From a virus (lineage: Duplodnaviria; Caudoviricetes): DNA of 37,630 nt. Numbering within the stretch: position 1 is the first letter of the stretch; every line of letters begins with the position of its first letter. Below are positions 26,778-34,028 of the stretch, in pieces. Where the stretch lies: IMG/VR virus record IMGVR_UViG_3300009103_000078, positions 1 to 37,630 of that record, one strand, 5' to 3'. The position numbers and the translations under genes were made by a program. The notes under the pieces are model-generated. The model saw only the letters and a program-made list of their open reading frames with translations, was not told the DNA's origin and made no database searches.

Positions 26778-27389
26778 ATGAAACATATTATTAACGTTAG
26801 TCCTCTGTTAAAAGACTACGATCTCCGAGACAACTTCCCGGTTGTCATCAGAGTGAGAAACTTCAACGAGACTACAGCTAAAGCTTTCACAGAACAAATG
26901 ACGAAGGCTCACAACACTGGTCAGCCAATCATTCCTATCGTTATCGATAGTTATGGTGGCGCAGTGTACAGTCTTATGTCTATGATCTCAGACGTGCGTA
27001 GTTCTAAGCTGCCAGTCGCCATGATCATTCAGGGTAAGGCTATGTCATGTGGGGCAATCTTCTCGACATTCGGCACCAAGGGCATGAGATACTGTGACCC
27101 GTATGCGACAGTGATGATTCACGACGTGTCAAGCGGAGCATGGGGTAAGATTGAAGAGATCAAATCCGATGCCAAGGAAGCAGAGAGGCTGCAGAAGAGC
27201 GTCTACCACATGATGGCACAGAACTGCGGCAAGAACAAGACCTATTTCTTGAAACAAATCCATGACCGAGGGCACGCTGACTGGTATCTTGAACCAGACG
27301 ATGCGCTTGAGCACGGCTTGGTAGACCACATTGGTGTCCCACACCTTGAGGTAGATATTAACGTTGATATCAAACTTTCAACAGACTAG
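26778..27389 (+). CDS. clpP: ClpP-family protease (Ser-His-Asp triad intact)
   Basis: 'IDSYGG', nucleophile 'AMSCG', 'MIHD', 'DWYL...ALEHGLVD'. Confidence 0.85.
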   Translation: MKHIINVSPLLKDYDLRDNFPVVIRVRNFNETTAKAFTEQMTKAHNTGQPIIPIVIDSYGGAVYSLMSMISDVRSSKLPVAMIIQGKAMSCGAIFSTFGTKGMRYCDPYATVMIHDVSSGAWGKIEEIKSDAKEAERLQKSVYHMMAQNCGKNKTYFLKQIHDRGHADWYLEPDDALEHGLVDHIGVPHLEVDINVDIKLSTD

Positions 27390-27392
27390 TTA
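27385..27392 (+). promoter_or_regulatory. Putative late-promoter motif ACTAGTTA
   Basis: Overlaps the clpP stop, 5 nt before the ATG at 27398; no RBS. Confidence 0.45.
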
Positions 27393-27397
27393 TTGGT

Positions 27398-27631
27398 ATG
27401 GAAGCATTTTTCTTGATCACCAGTGCGGGGTTTGTGCTGTTCTTCGTCTTTTTGTTGGCGGGAATAGTGTTGGCTCGCGTACGTCTTAAACGAAGCGAAC
27501 GCCTTATTGATGAAATGATGAGAGACTACGAACAGGCATACGCTCAGAACCCAGACGATGGCTTTTTACGAGATAACATTATAGAGTTACGTCACCACCT
27601 GCATCACAGGAACGAAAAAGATAAAAAGTAG
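27398..27631 (+). CDS. Small single-pass membrane protein
   Basis: N-terminal hydrophobic helix 'FFLITSAGFVLFFVFLLAGIVLA' followed by basic residues. Confidence 0.55.
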   Translation: MEAFFLITSAGFVLFFVFLLAGIVLARVRLKRSERLIDEMMRDYEQAYAQNPDDGFLRDNIIELRHHLHHRNEKDKK

Positions 27632-27660
27632 TTGACAGCAGCGCAGTTAGCTGCTATTAT
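27632..27660 (+). promoter_or_regulatory. Sigma-70-type promoter
   Basis: TTGACA-N17-TATTAT with TG extension. Confidence 0.7.
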
Positions 27661-27694
27661 ATACATACTAACCACTCATTCAAAGGAGCACAAA

Positions 27695-27988
27695 ATGAAT
27701 GACGACAACACGCCCACGCCTGTAATCTCTAAGGCAGAAGCGAGACGACAGCGATATATTATTGAGTATATTCGCTCACTTAAGACCATTGAAGATGCGA
27801 TGGAGCCATACAAGGAACACCGCCGCGAACTTCGCAACGACTACCGGCGCCAAGGCTGGCTGACCCGTGAAGAAATGAGCGTTGCTGTTAAGGCATACCG
27901 ACTCATGAAGGGTGAGGTCGATCTTGACGCACTCTATGAAACGTACAGTGTGCTGGCAACTGCAGCCAACCCTGATGGAGACGAATAA
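27695..27988 (+). CDS. Small helical protein, possibly GapR/T4 DsbA-like DNA-binding
   Basis: ATG after AAGGAG; the ORF-track TTG start is actually the -35 box. Helical pattern 'YIRSLKTIEDAMEPYKEHRRELRNDYRRQG...VAVKAYRLMK'. Confidence 0.5.
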   Translation: MNDDNTPTPVISKAEARRQRYIIEYIRSLKTIEDAMEPYKEHRRELRNDYRRQGWLTREEMSVAVKAYRLMKGEVDLDALYETYSVLATAANPDGDE

Positions 27989-28449
27989 TGATGATCGAAT
28001 GGTGCCGTACGCACTTTAACGTTCACCCTCCCTCCCGAGCAAACCCGTCCGATGCGGGGCTGGATATTCATTTCAGCCCCGTGGACCACAAGCCGATCAC
28101 TATCAAGTCCGGCGCGAGCGCAATCCTGCCCACCGGTCTGCGGTTTGGAATCCCGTACGGCTACATGCTGGAAGTTAAGAACCGTTCAGGTATGGCAGCG
28201 AAACGCAGCCTCATCGTTGGAGCGTGTGTGATTGACTCAGGCTATGACGGCGAGGTATTTATTAACCTTCATAACATTGGATCGACCGATCAAGTTATTG
28301 AATCGCACTCAAAGATCGCACAGGTAGTTATGGTGCCGGTTGTTCACTTCCGCGCACTTGAACGTCGAGGTGATGACGATCTATATGGTTGGTATCCGAT
28401 CACCATCAGTGACCGTGGCGACGGCGCGTTAGGGAGTACTGGTGAGTAG
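27988..28449 (+). CDS. dut: Trimeric dUTPase
   Basis: 'SDAGLD', 'RSG', 'VIDSGYDGE', 'KIAQ', 'RGDGALGSTG'. Confidence 0.92.
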   Translation: MMIEWCRTHFNVHPPSRANPSDAGLDIHFSPVDHKPITIKSGASAILPTGLRFGIPYGYMLEVKNRSGMAAKRSLIVGACVIDSGYDGEVFINLHNIGSTDQVIESHSKIAQVVMVPVVHFRALERRGDDDLYGWYPITISDRGDGALGSTGE

Positions 28450-28774
28450 AGTACTTATCATATTTTTTCTCGGCGGCTCCACAATGGCTCACGCTGATGC
28501 TGCCTCAGACTACGAGGTTCAGTGCGCCGGCTGTCATGGGGAGTTCGGAGCAGGCGATGGACCTGCTTCTGCTTCTCTCCCTGTCAAGCCCGCTAGCTTT
28601 CAGGATGCAAGCTTTTGGGCATCGCGCTCCGACCAGCAAGTACGGACAGCGATTGCTGCTGGCGGCGCGTCGGTCGGCAAGTCACCTCTGATGCCTCCCA
28701 TTGGAGCCGGATGGACAGGGACACAGTTAGATCAAATGGTCGCATATTTAAAAACTCTTAAGGTGAGCAAGTGA
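28442..28774 (+). CDS. Class I monoheme c-type cytochrome
   Basis: Signal peptide ending 'AHA'; heme motif 'CAGCHG'; 'G.GDGP'; distal Met in 'SPLMPP'; C-terminal 'MVAYLKTL'. Confidence 0.85.
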   Translation: MSRVLIIFFLGGSTMAHADAASDYEVQCAGCHGEFGAGDGPASASLPVKPASFQDASFWASRSDQQVRTAIAAGGASVGKSPLMPPIGAGWTGTQLDQMVAYLKTLKVSK

Positions 28775-29253
28775 ACACAGCAACACAGCAAACATTATTT
28801 TCATCCAAGACAGGCGAGTGGGCAACTCCACAGGATTTCTTTGACAAACTGAACTGGCGATTTGGTCCGTTCGACTTGGATCCCTGTGCCACTCCACACA
28901 ACACTAAGTGCGCCAACTTCTATACGGAAGCGGAGGACGGACTTACTAAGGATTGGGCTGGTCACACTGTCTTTGTCAATCCTCCCTATGGTCGTGGTAT
29001 TGATCAGTGGATTCGCAAGGGCTATGAGTCTGCCGAGGCAGATGAAAACACTAAGGTTGTCATGTTGATTCCAGCACGGACAGACACGAAGTACTGGCAC
29101 GATTATGTGATGAAGGCTGAGTATGTATACTTCATCAAGGGTCGGCTCAAGTTTGGCGACAGTCAAAACTCCGCGCCGTTTCCTTCAGCCGTCGTGGTCT
29201 TCCGAAAGCGTCTGAGTGCGGCTCCGCCAATAATGGGAGCACTGACCCGATGA
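28771..29253 (+). CDS. Phage N6-adenine DNA methyltransferase
   Basis: 'EWATPQ', 'FDLDPCA', catalytic 'FVNPPYG', 'LIPARTDT..WH', 'GRLKF'. Confidence 0.88.
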   Translation: MNTATQQTLFSSKTGEWATPQDFFDKLNWRFGPFDLDPCATPHNTKCANFYTEAEDGLTKDWAGHTVFVNPPYGRGIDQWIRKGYESAEADENTKVVMLIPARTDTKYWHDYVMKAEYVYFIKGRLKFGDSQNSAPFPSAVVVFRKRLSAAPPIMGALTR

Positions 29254-29513
29254 ACCGCAAGCAACGCCGTGCAGCCGCCAAAGCGGAAAAGAGTCACGGC
29301 AATCCAGACTTAGCCGACAAGATGAATATATATTCTCAGTTGCCGGATGAGTGCTTGATGTGCGAGACTGCGTTTGACAAGAAGGATCGAAAGATGCTAT
29401 CGAAGTGGAACGTGGTTGTGCGAGAGAAAGAGGGCATCGTACGCCTGTACTGCCCTGACTGCTGGGGAACAGCCCAGCGCGTAGTTGAGAAATATGAAAA
29501 GGGAGAACTATGA
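29250..29513 (+). CDS. Small zinc-ribbon protein
   Basis: 'CLMC' ... 'CPDC' pairs; basic N-terminus 'MNRKQRRA'. Confidence 0.6.
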   Translation: MNRKQRRAAAKAEKSHGNPDLADKMNIYSQLPDECLMCETAFDKKDRKMLSKWNVVVREKEGIVRLYCPDCWGTAQRVVEKYEKGEL

Positions 29514-30535
29514 GAACCTTAGTTAGCTTGACATACGATGATGTACTGCTGGTGCCACAATACTCAGACATTAGAAGCCGGCAAGAGATTGACGTTAGCA
29601 CAACACTCGGAGGCAGGCACTCTAGACCTATCAGGTTCCGCTTGCCTGTTATCTCGTCACCAATGGATACGGTCACAGGACCAGCCATGGCAATAGCAAT
29701 GAATAAAGCCGGCGGCTTGGGTATCATCCACCGCTACTGCACGACTGATGACCAGTCCAAGATGGTTAGGAAGATCACTACCGGCATGAAGGCTGCGGCT
29801 ATCGGCGTGACCGGAGACTATCACGACCGGGCGAAGGCGCTGGTTGCAATGGGTACAAAAATCTTATGTGTTGATGTAGCCCATGGTCACCACATGCTGA
29901 TGGAGACTGCACTAAAACAACTCAGAGATACATTCGGTGACACTGTTCACATTATGGCGGGCAACGTGGCTACGCTCGATGGTATCAACGCGCTGTCTGA
30001 TTGGGGCGCTGATTCTGTTCGCTGCAATATTGGCGGCGGCTCTATCTGCTCTACACGAATCCAGACCGGTCACGGACACCCCGGCTTGCAGACGGTCATT
30101 GATTGCAGCAAGACTGACAGAGATGTTTCGATTATTGCTGACGGTGGTATTCGCAACAGCGGTGATATGGTGAAGGCTCTTGCGGCTGGCGCAGATTGTG
30201 TGATGGTTGGCTCGCTTCTGTCGGGAACGAGAGAGGCACCGGGAGAGATCATTTACATTGATGGGCACCCGCACAAAACCTACCGAGGCATGGCATCCGA
30301 AGAGGCGCAGAAGGATTGGCGCGGCTCTGCATCGTCGCTTGAAGGAATCTCTACGATTCTTCCATGCAAGGGGCAAGTGAGGGATATTCTGTATGGATTG
30401 GACAACGGTGTACGCAGCGGCTTTTCATATTCCGGCTCACGCACGCTGGCTGAGTTGCAGTCCAAGGCTGTGTTCACACGCCAGACTGCCGCAGGGATCC
30501 GAGAGTCGAACACTCACATTTTGGGGCTGAAATAG
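29510..30535 (+). CDS. guaB: IMP dehydrogenase / GMP reductase family, without CBS domains
   Basis: '[10 protein letters not shown]', 'SSPMDTV', 'DVAHGH', catalytic loop 'GGGSICSTR', 'ADGGIR..GD..KAL', 'YRGMAS'. Confidence 0.85.
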   Translation: MRTLVSLTYDDVLLVPQYSDIRSRQEIDVSTTLGGRHSRPIRFRLPVISSPMDTVTGPAMAIAMNKAGGLGIIHRYCTTDDQSKMVRKITTGMKAAAIGVTGDYHDRAKALVAMGTKILCVDVAHGHHMLMETALKQLRDTFGDTVHIMAGNVATLDGINALSDWGADSVRCNIGGGSICSTRIQTGHGHPGLQTVIDCSKTDRDVSIIADGGIRNSGDMVKALAAGADCVMVGSLLSGTREAPGEIIYIDGHPHKTYRGMASEEAQKDWRGSASSLEGISTILPCKGQVRDILYGLDNGVRSGFSYSGSRTLAELQSKAVFTRQTAAGIRESNTHILGLK

Positions 30536-30861
30536 TGTCCGAAGAATTCTACAATAAGAGAGTAGTATTCAGAGAGAACGATCAGGTTCATGCTAAGCTG
30601 CGCATCCGGCTGCACTACGATGGTATCAAGCAGTCTGATTTCTTTCGGGGATGCATCGAGGCGTACTTGAACCAAGAAGAAGAGTTTGAAGATTTTATTG
30701 AAACATTAAAGTTAAGGAAGAGTAGCCAAAGCAAAAACAAGCAGGCTAAGTCGAAGAAGCTGAAGGAAAAAGGTAAAGAGTTGTCTAGTAAACTAGCGCT
30801 TAACTCAAGCGAGATTGAGAATATTTTTGATATGATAGAGGAAGAACATGAAGGACTTTAG
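30535..30861 (+). CDS. Hypothetical protein, possibly ribbon-helix-helix DNA-binding
   Basis: GTG start overlapping the guaB stop. 'KRVVFRE...HAKLRIRL..DGIKQSDFFR..IEAYL' has a strand-helix-helix pattern. Confidence 0.5.
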   Translation: MSEEFYNKRVVFRENDQVHAKLRIRLHYDGIKQSDFFRGCIEAYLNQEEEFEDFIETLKLRKSSQSKNKQAKSKKLKEKGKELSSKLALNSSEIENIFDMIEEEHEGL

Positions 30862-31120
30862 AGGCAGAATTGTATGTTGGAATAGGCAAACGACCCCGCC
30901 TTATTATGGGGTGATTGTCGAATCAGAGTTGCGTGAAAGCAGCCCGCCGCTTCCACCTTGGAGATGGCATAAGATTAAATGGACCACCCCTACGCCACCA
31001 GAATTTGACGAAGAGGCTTGGCATCGATGTGACCATGTTAATGTCATTGATGGCTATGCCACGATCTCTAAGCTGCATCAGGCTATGATTGTGGCAGAAG
31101 AAGTGAAGGGCGTGAGATGA
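30848..31120 (+). CDS. Hypothetical protein (90 aa)
   Basis: GAGG RBS; tight overlaps with both neighbours. Confidence 0.5.
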   Translation: MKDFRGRIVCWNRQTTPPYYGVIVESELRESSPPLPPWRWHKIKWTTPTPPEFDEEAWHRCDHVNVIDGYATISKLHQAMIVAEEVKGVR

Positions 31121-31371
31121 GGCGCTGCGCAAGGCAGTGTCTCAAAGAAAATAAAGATTGTGAAGAAAAGGATTGTCGATTATGGATCGAATACTCAGAG
31201 GATTGTAACTGTACTCTCATCGCGGTTCACAAGAATGGTTCAATGACCTTGGAAGAGGTCGCCAAGAGATTAGGGTACACGCCAGCAAGGATACAGCAGT
31301 TGGAGAAAAGGGCACTCCAAAAGATATCTCTCCGTGCAGCGTACTTGAAAGACTTTTTATTTAATAGATGA
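31117..31371 (+). CDS. Stand-alone sigma-70 region-4 HTH protein with Cys-rich N-terminus
   Basis: 'MTLEEVAKRLGYTPARIQQLEKRALQKI' matches sigma region 4.2; six Cys in the first 32 aa. Confidence 0.75.
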   Translation: MRRCARQCLKENKDCEEKDCRLWIEYSEDCNCTLIAVHKNGSMTLEEVAKRLGYTPARIQQLEKRALQKISLRAAYLKDFLFNR

Positions 31372-31391
31372 CGCCGTTTAACATTGAATAG

Positions 31392-31399
31392 ACTATTTA
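31392..31399 (+). promoter_or_regulatory. Putative late-promoter motif ACTATTTA
   Basis: Intergenic, upstream of the acidic protein at 31442. Confidence 0.5.
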
Positions 31400-31441
31400 T
31401 TATCGAAGCCTTCATAATATATATTAGGAGATTATAAAGCA

Positions 31442-31942
31442 ATGAGCAAGAAAAAGCTAATTTTGAACGAATCCGTCACCCGCAGGTTTATGCGTCTGGC
31501 TGAGATTGAGTCTAAGTTCACAGACGAGTTCCTTAGCGAAGGACCATATCAACGTGACGACGAAATGGGAATGGGCGCAGAAGACCCCATGGCTGGAGAA
31601 GAAGAACTCCCCGGCGATGAAGGTCCAGAAGAAGAAATGCCCGAAGAGCCCATGGGCGACACAGTTGAGGTTGACGCCGAAGAACTAGTTTCCGACATTG
31701 TTGCAGCACTCCAGAAGCAGGGCGCAGACGTAAGCATGGAAGGTGGCGAAGAAGAAGCCCCCGAGGGAGAGGAGTTAGCACCGGTCGCCGGTGATGAGGA
31801 ACTTCCACCCGACGAGGAAGAAGAGCCACTTATGCAAGAGCTAGCAGACAACGTTACCATCACTTCCGATGAAGATATGGTTAACGAAGTTGCTCGCCGC
31901 GTTGCCGCTCGCCTCGTTGCTGCAGCTAAGACCCGCAAGTAG
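31442..31942 (+). CDS. Highly acidic protein, candidate prohead core/internal protein
   Basis: AGGAG RBS. 'LILNESVTRRFMRLA', Glu/Pro/Gly-rich centre, 'MVNEVARRVAARL'. Confidence 0.6.
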   Translation: MSKKKLILNESVTRRFMRLAEIESKFTDEFLSEGPYQRDDEMGMGAEDPMAGEEELPGDEGPEEEMPEEPMGDTVEVDAEELVSDIVAALQKQGADVSMEGGEEEAPEGEELAPVAGDEELPPDEEEEPLMQELADNVTITSDEDMVNEVARRVAARLVAAAKTRK

Positions 31943-31969
31943 GGGTTTCGGTTGTATAATATTTTATTT

Positions 31970-32010
31970 TAACACTGCTGCCCTATAGTGTATACTATAG
32001 GGTAGTGTTA
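31970..32010. repeat. Imperfect inverted repeat
   Basis: TAACACT..GCCCTATAGT-GTAT-ACTATAGGGT-AGTGTTA; perfect 9-bp core arms at 31981-31989 and 31994-32002. Confidence 0.75.
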
Positions 32011-32023
32011 CATTGGAGGTAGA

Positions 32024-32398
32024 ATGGGGTATGCATCGTTAGGTCTAGCAGGGCTTATCGGATATATGCTGGGCTGGACTCTCGCAAACTTAATGCACTT
32101 AGGAAGAGTGGCGTTGCTTGTCGAGAAGACCGGACTACAAACATTAAAGTTGATGGTTTCAGTTGCGGAAGACGTTGAGTTCGTTCGCGCAATGAAATAC
32201 CGTATCGCAGAAGATCTCGGAGACTCAGCCACCGCAACTCGGCAGAGAAACGTAGATGATTACGAGTACGAAAGGTGGAAGAGGGTAGCAGTTGACAACT
32301 ATCTGTCTTCGTACCCTGCTGTATTCAGGCGTCAGGTTCAATTTAATGACTGGAACGGCGCTGTTAAGCATTTTCAAGAAAACAGAAGGAAGTTGTAA
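32024..32398 (+). CDS. Hypothetical protein with N-terminal transmembrane helix
   Basis: GGAGG RBS; 'LGLAGLIGYMLGWTLANL'. Confidence 0.6.
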   Translation: MGYASLGLAGLIGYMLGWTLANLMHLGRVALLVEKTGLQTLKLMVSVAEDVEFVRAMKYRIAEDLGDSATATRQRNVDDYEYERWKRVAVDNYLSSYPAVFRRQVQFNDWNGAVKHFQENRRKL

Positions 32399-33060
32399 TG
32401 TTGATGGCACCGAGAAAGAAAGCTGATAATGAGAAAAAGGAAGAGAAAGAAGAAGAACTAGTCGGAGAAGAAGTGTCGGCTGAGCAGTTGGCTGCAGCCC
32501 TAGGGCTTGATGTGCCAGATGAAGAGATGCGCGTTGTTGGTCTTTATGGAGACATTGACGAGCGCAAGTCCCGCGAAACGTTGAGCGGGCTACTGGTCTT
32601 ACATCATTCGGGCAAGTCTGAAGATGAAGAAGGCAAGGAAGTATGGGAGCCGATGGAGATGATCATCTCTACCTACGGTGGCAGTGCTGACGATATGTTC
32701 GCGTTGTATGATGTGATGCGCGTAATCCAGAAGGACTGTGAGATTCACACCTTCGGGCTTGGCAAGGTCATGTCTGCTGGCGTGCTACTGCTTGCTGCTG
32801 GTACCAAGGGCAAGCGAAAGATTGGCGCGAACTGTCGCGTTATGATTCATTCGGTCATTGGTGGCAACCACGGCTCGATTCACAATCTAGAGAATGAGAT
32901 GGAAGAGATTAGAAACTCTCAAGATACATACATGGAGGCGCTGGTTAAAGAGACTAGCCTGACCAAGCGGACTCTTAAGAAACTGTTGGAAAGAAAGGTG
33001 AACATTTATCTCTCAGCGTCAGAAGCTGTTGAGTATGGTATCGCAGATATTATCGTCTGA
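32398..33060 (+). CDS. clpP: Second ClpP-family protein (catalytic Asp apparently replaced by Asn)
   Basis: 'LYGDI', 'ISTYGG', 'VMSAG', 'MIHS', 'NIYLSASEAVEYGIAD'. Confidence 0.85.
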   Translation: MLMAPRKKADNEKKEEKEEELVGEEVSAEQLAAALGLDVPDEEMRVVGLYGDIDERKSRETLSGLLVLHHSGKSEDEEGKEVWEPMEMIISTYGGSADDMFALYDVMRVIQKDCEIHTFGLGKVMSAGVLLLAAGTKGKRKIGANCRVMIHSVIGGNHGSIHNLENEMEEIRNSQDTYMEALVKETSLTKRTLKKLLERKVNIYLSASEAVEYGIADIIV

Positions 33061-33073
33061 TATTATTAACCTT

Positions 33074-34021
33074 ATGGACATGGCTGTGGACAAAGTATTT
33101 TATAATAAATCTTCACAAGACTCGTTGGGCTGGAAACCATCATGGTTCGGCTGCGAATATAATGACGACGATCTTGTTGAAGCTGTTAAGGAGTGGCAGA
33201 GAGGGATGGGGCTGACTGCCGATGGGCTGGTCGGTCCTGCGACGTATAGGAGAATCTGGACTGAGCGCGAAGCAGAGATTTCAGATCATATTCCGCATGA
33301 GTCACCTTATATGCGCGGCGACAAAGCCTGCCGAGACACGAAGTATATCGTTCACAACGGACAGTTCTTGGAGATTGATTGGGATAGGGTAGTCTTGTGG
33401 GATGAGCCCTTGGGACTAGACTGTGACGAGAACAGCTATTATGACTATGCTGGCAAGCCTGATCGCAAGCCCACCATCTTCGTCAATCATTGGGACGTGT
33501 GCCTGTCTTCTGAATCATGCGCACTGGTATTGGGTCGCCGAGGGATCTCGGTACACTTCTGCATCGACAACGACGGCACAATCTATCAGCTATTAGACAC
33601 ACAACACGGCGCATGGCACGCCGGCAACGGTAAAGTAAATCACAAGTCTATCGGCGTAGAGATTAGCAACGCATACTACACCAAGTATCAGAGTTGGTAT
33701 AAGAAGAATGGGTTTGGCGAGCGTCCAATACAAGATGCGGCGTGGGTCCATGGCAATAAACTAGATCCGTTTCTGGACTTCTACCCGGTACAGATCAGAG
33801 CACTCAAAGCCTTGTGGAAAGCAGTCCATGAGGGTATCGGGATTCCGCTAGACGTGCCAGAGAGGGACGGTCAGACTAGCACCCGCGTTGACAATCAGGC
33901 AGCGCTTGGGAAGTTTAAAGGATTTATAAGCCACTATCATCTGACCAGACGTAAGATTGATTGTGCAGGTTTGGATCTTTTGGCTATAGCCAATGAGGTT
34001 AAAGAGGAAATAGAGGACTAA
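33074..34021 (+). CDS. N-acetylmuramoyl-L-alanine amidase with peptidoglycan-binding domain (endolysin-like)
   Basis: PG-binding 'AVKEWQRGMGLTADGLVGPAT'. Amidase_2 motifs 'VNHWD', 'SVHFCID.DGTIYQ', 'AWHAG..N..SIGVE', 'SHY...K.D'. Start could be 33074 or 33080. Confidence 0.85.
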   Translation: MDMAVDKVFYNKSSQDSLGWKPSWFGCEYNDDDLVEAVKEWQRGMGLTADGLVGPATYRRIWTEREAEISDHIPHESPYMRGDKACRDTKYIVHNGQFLEIDWDRVVLWDEPLGLDCDENSYYDYAGKPDRKPTIFVNHWDVCLSSESCALVLGRRGISVHFCIDNDGTIYQLLDTQHGAWHAGNGKVNHKSIGVEISNAYYTKYQSWYKKNGFGERPIQDAAWVHGNKLDPFLDFYPVQIRALKALWKAVHEGIGIPLDVPERDGQTSTRVDNQAALGKFKGFISHYHLTRRKIDCAGLDLLAIANEVKEEIED

Positions 34022-34024
34022 TTA
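34017..34024 (+). promoter_or_regulatory. Putative late-promoter motif ACTAATTA
   Basis: Overlaps the amidase stop, 4 nt before the ATG at 34029. Confidence 0.45.
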
Positions 34025-34028
34025 ATAC

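Noticed and set aside
27632-27694. N-terminal extension of ORF 27632-27988 from a TTG start
   Set aside because: The TTG is the -35 box of a promoter; the ATG at 27695 has a proper RBS.
31981-32002. CCCTATAGTG / ACTATAGGG resembles the 3' part of the T7 promoter (possible vector contamination)
   Set aside because: The upstream TAATACGACT part is missing and the match is explained by the local palindrome.
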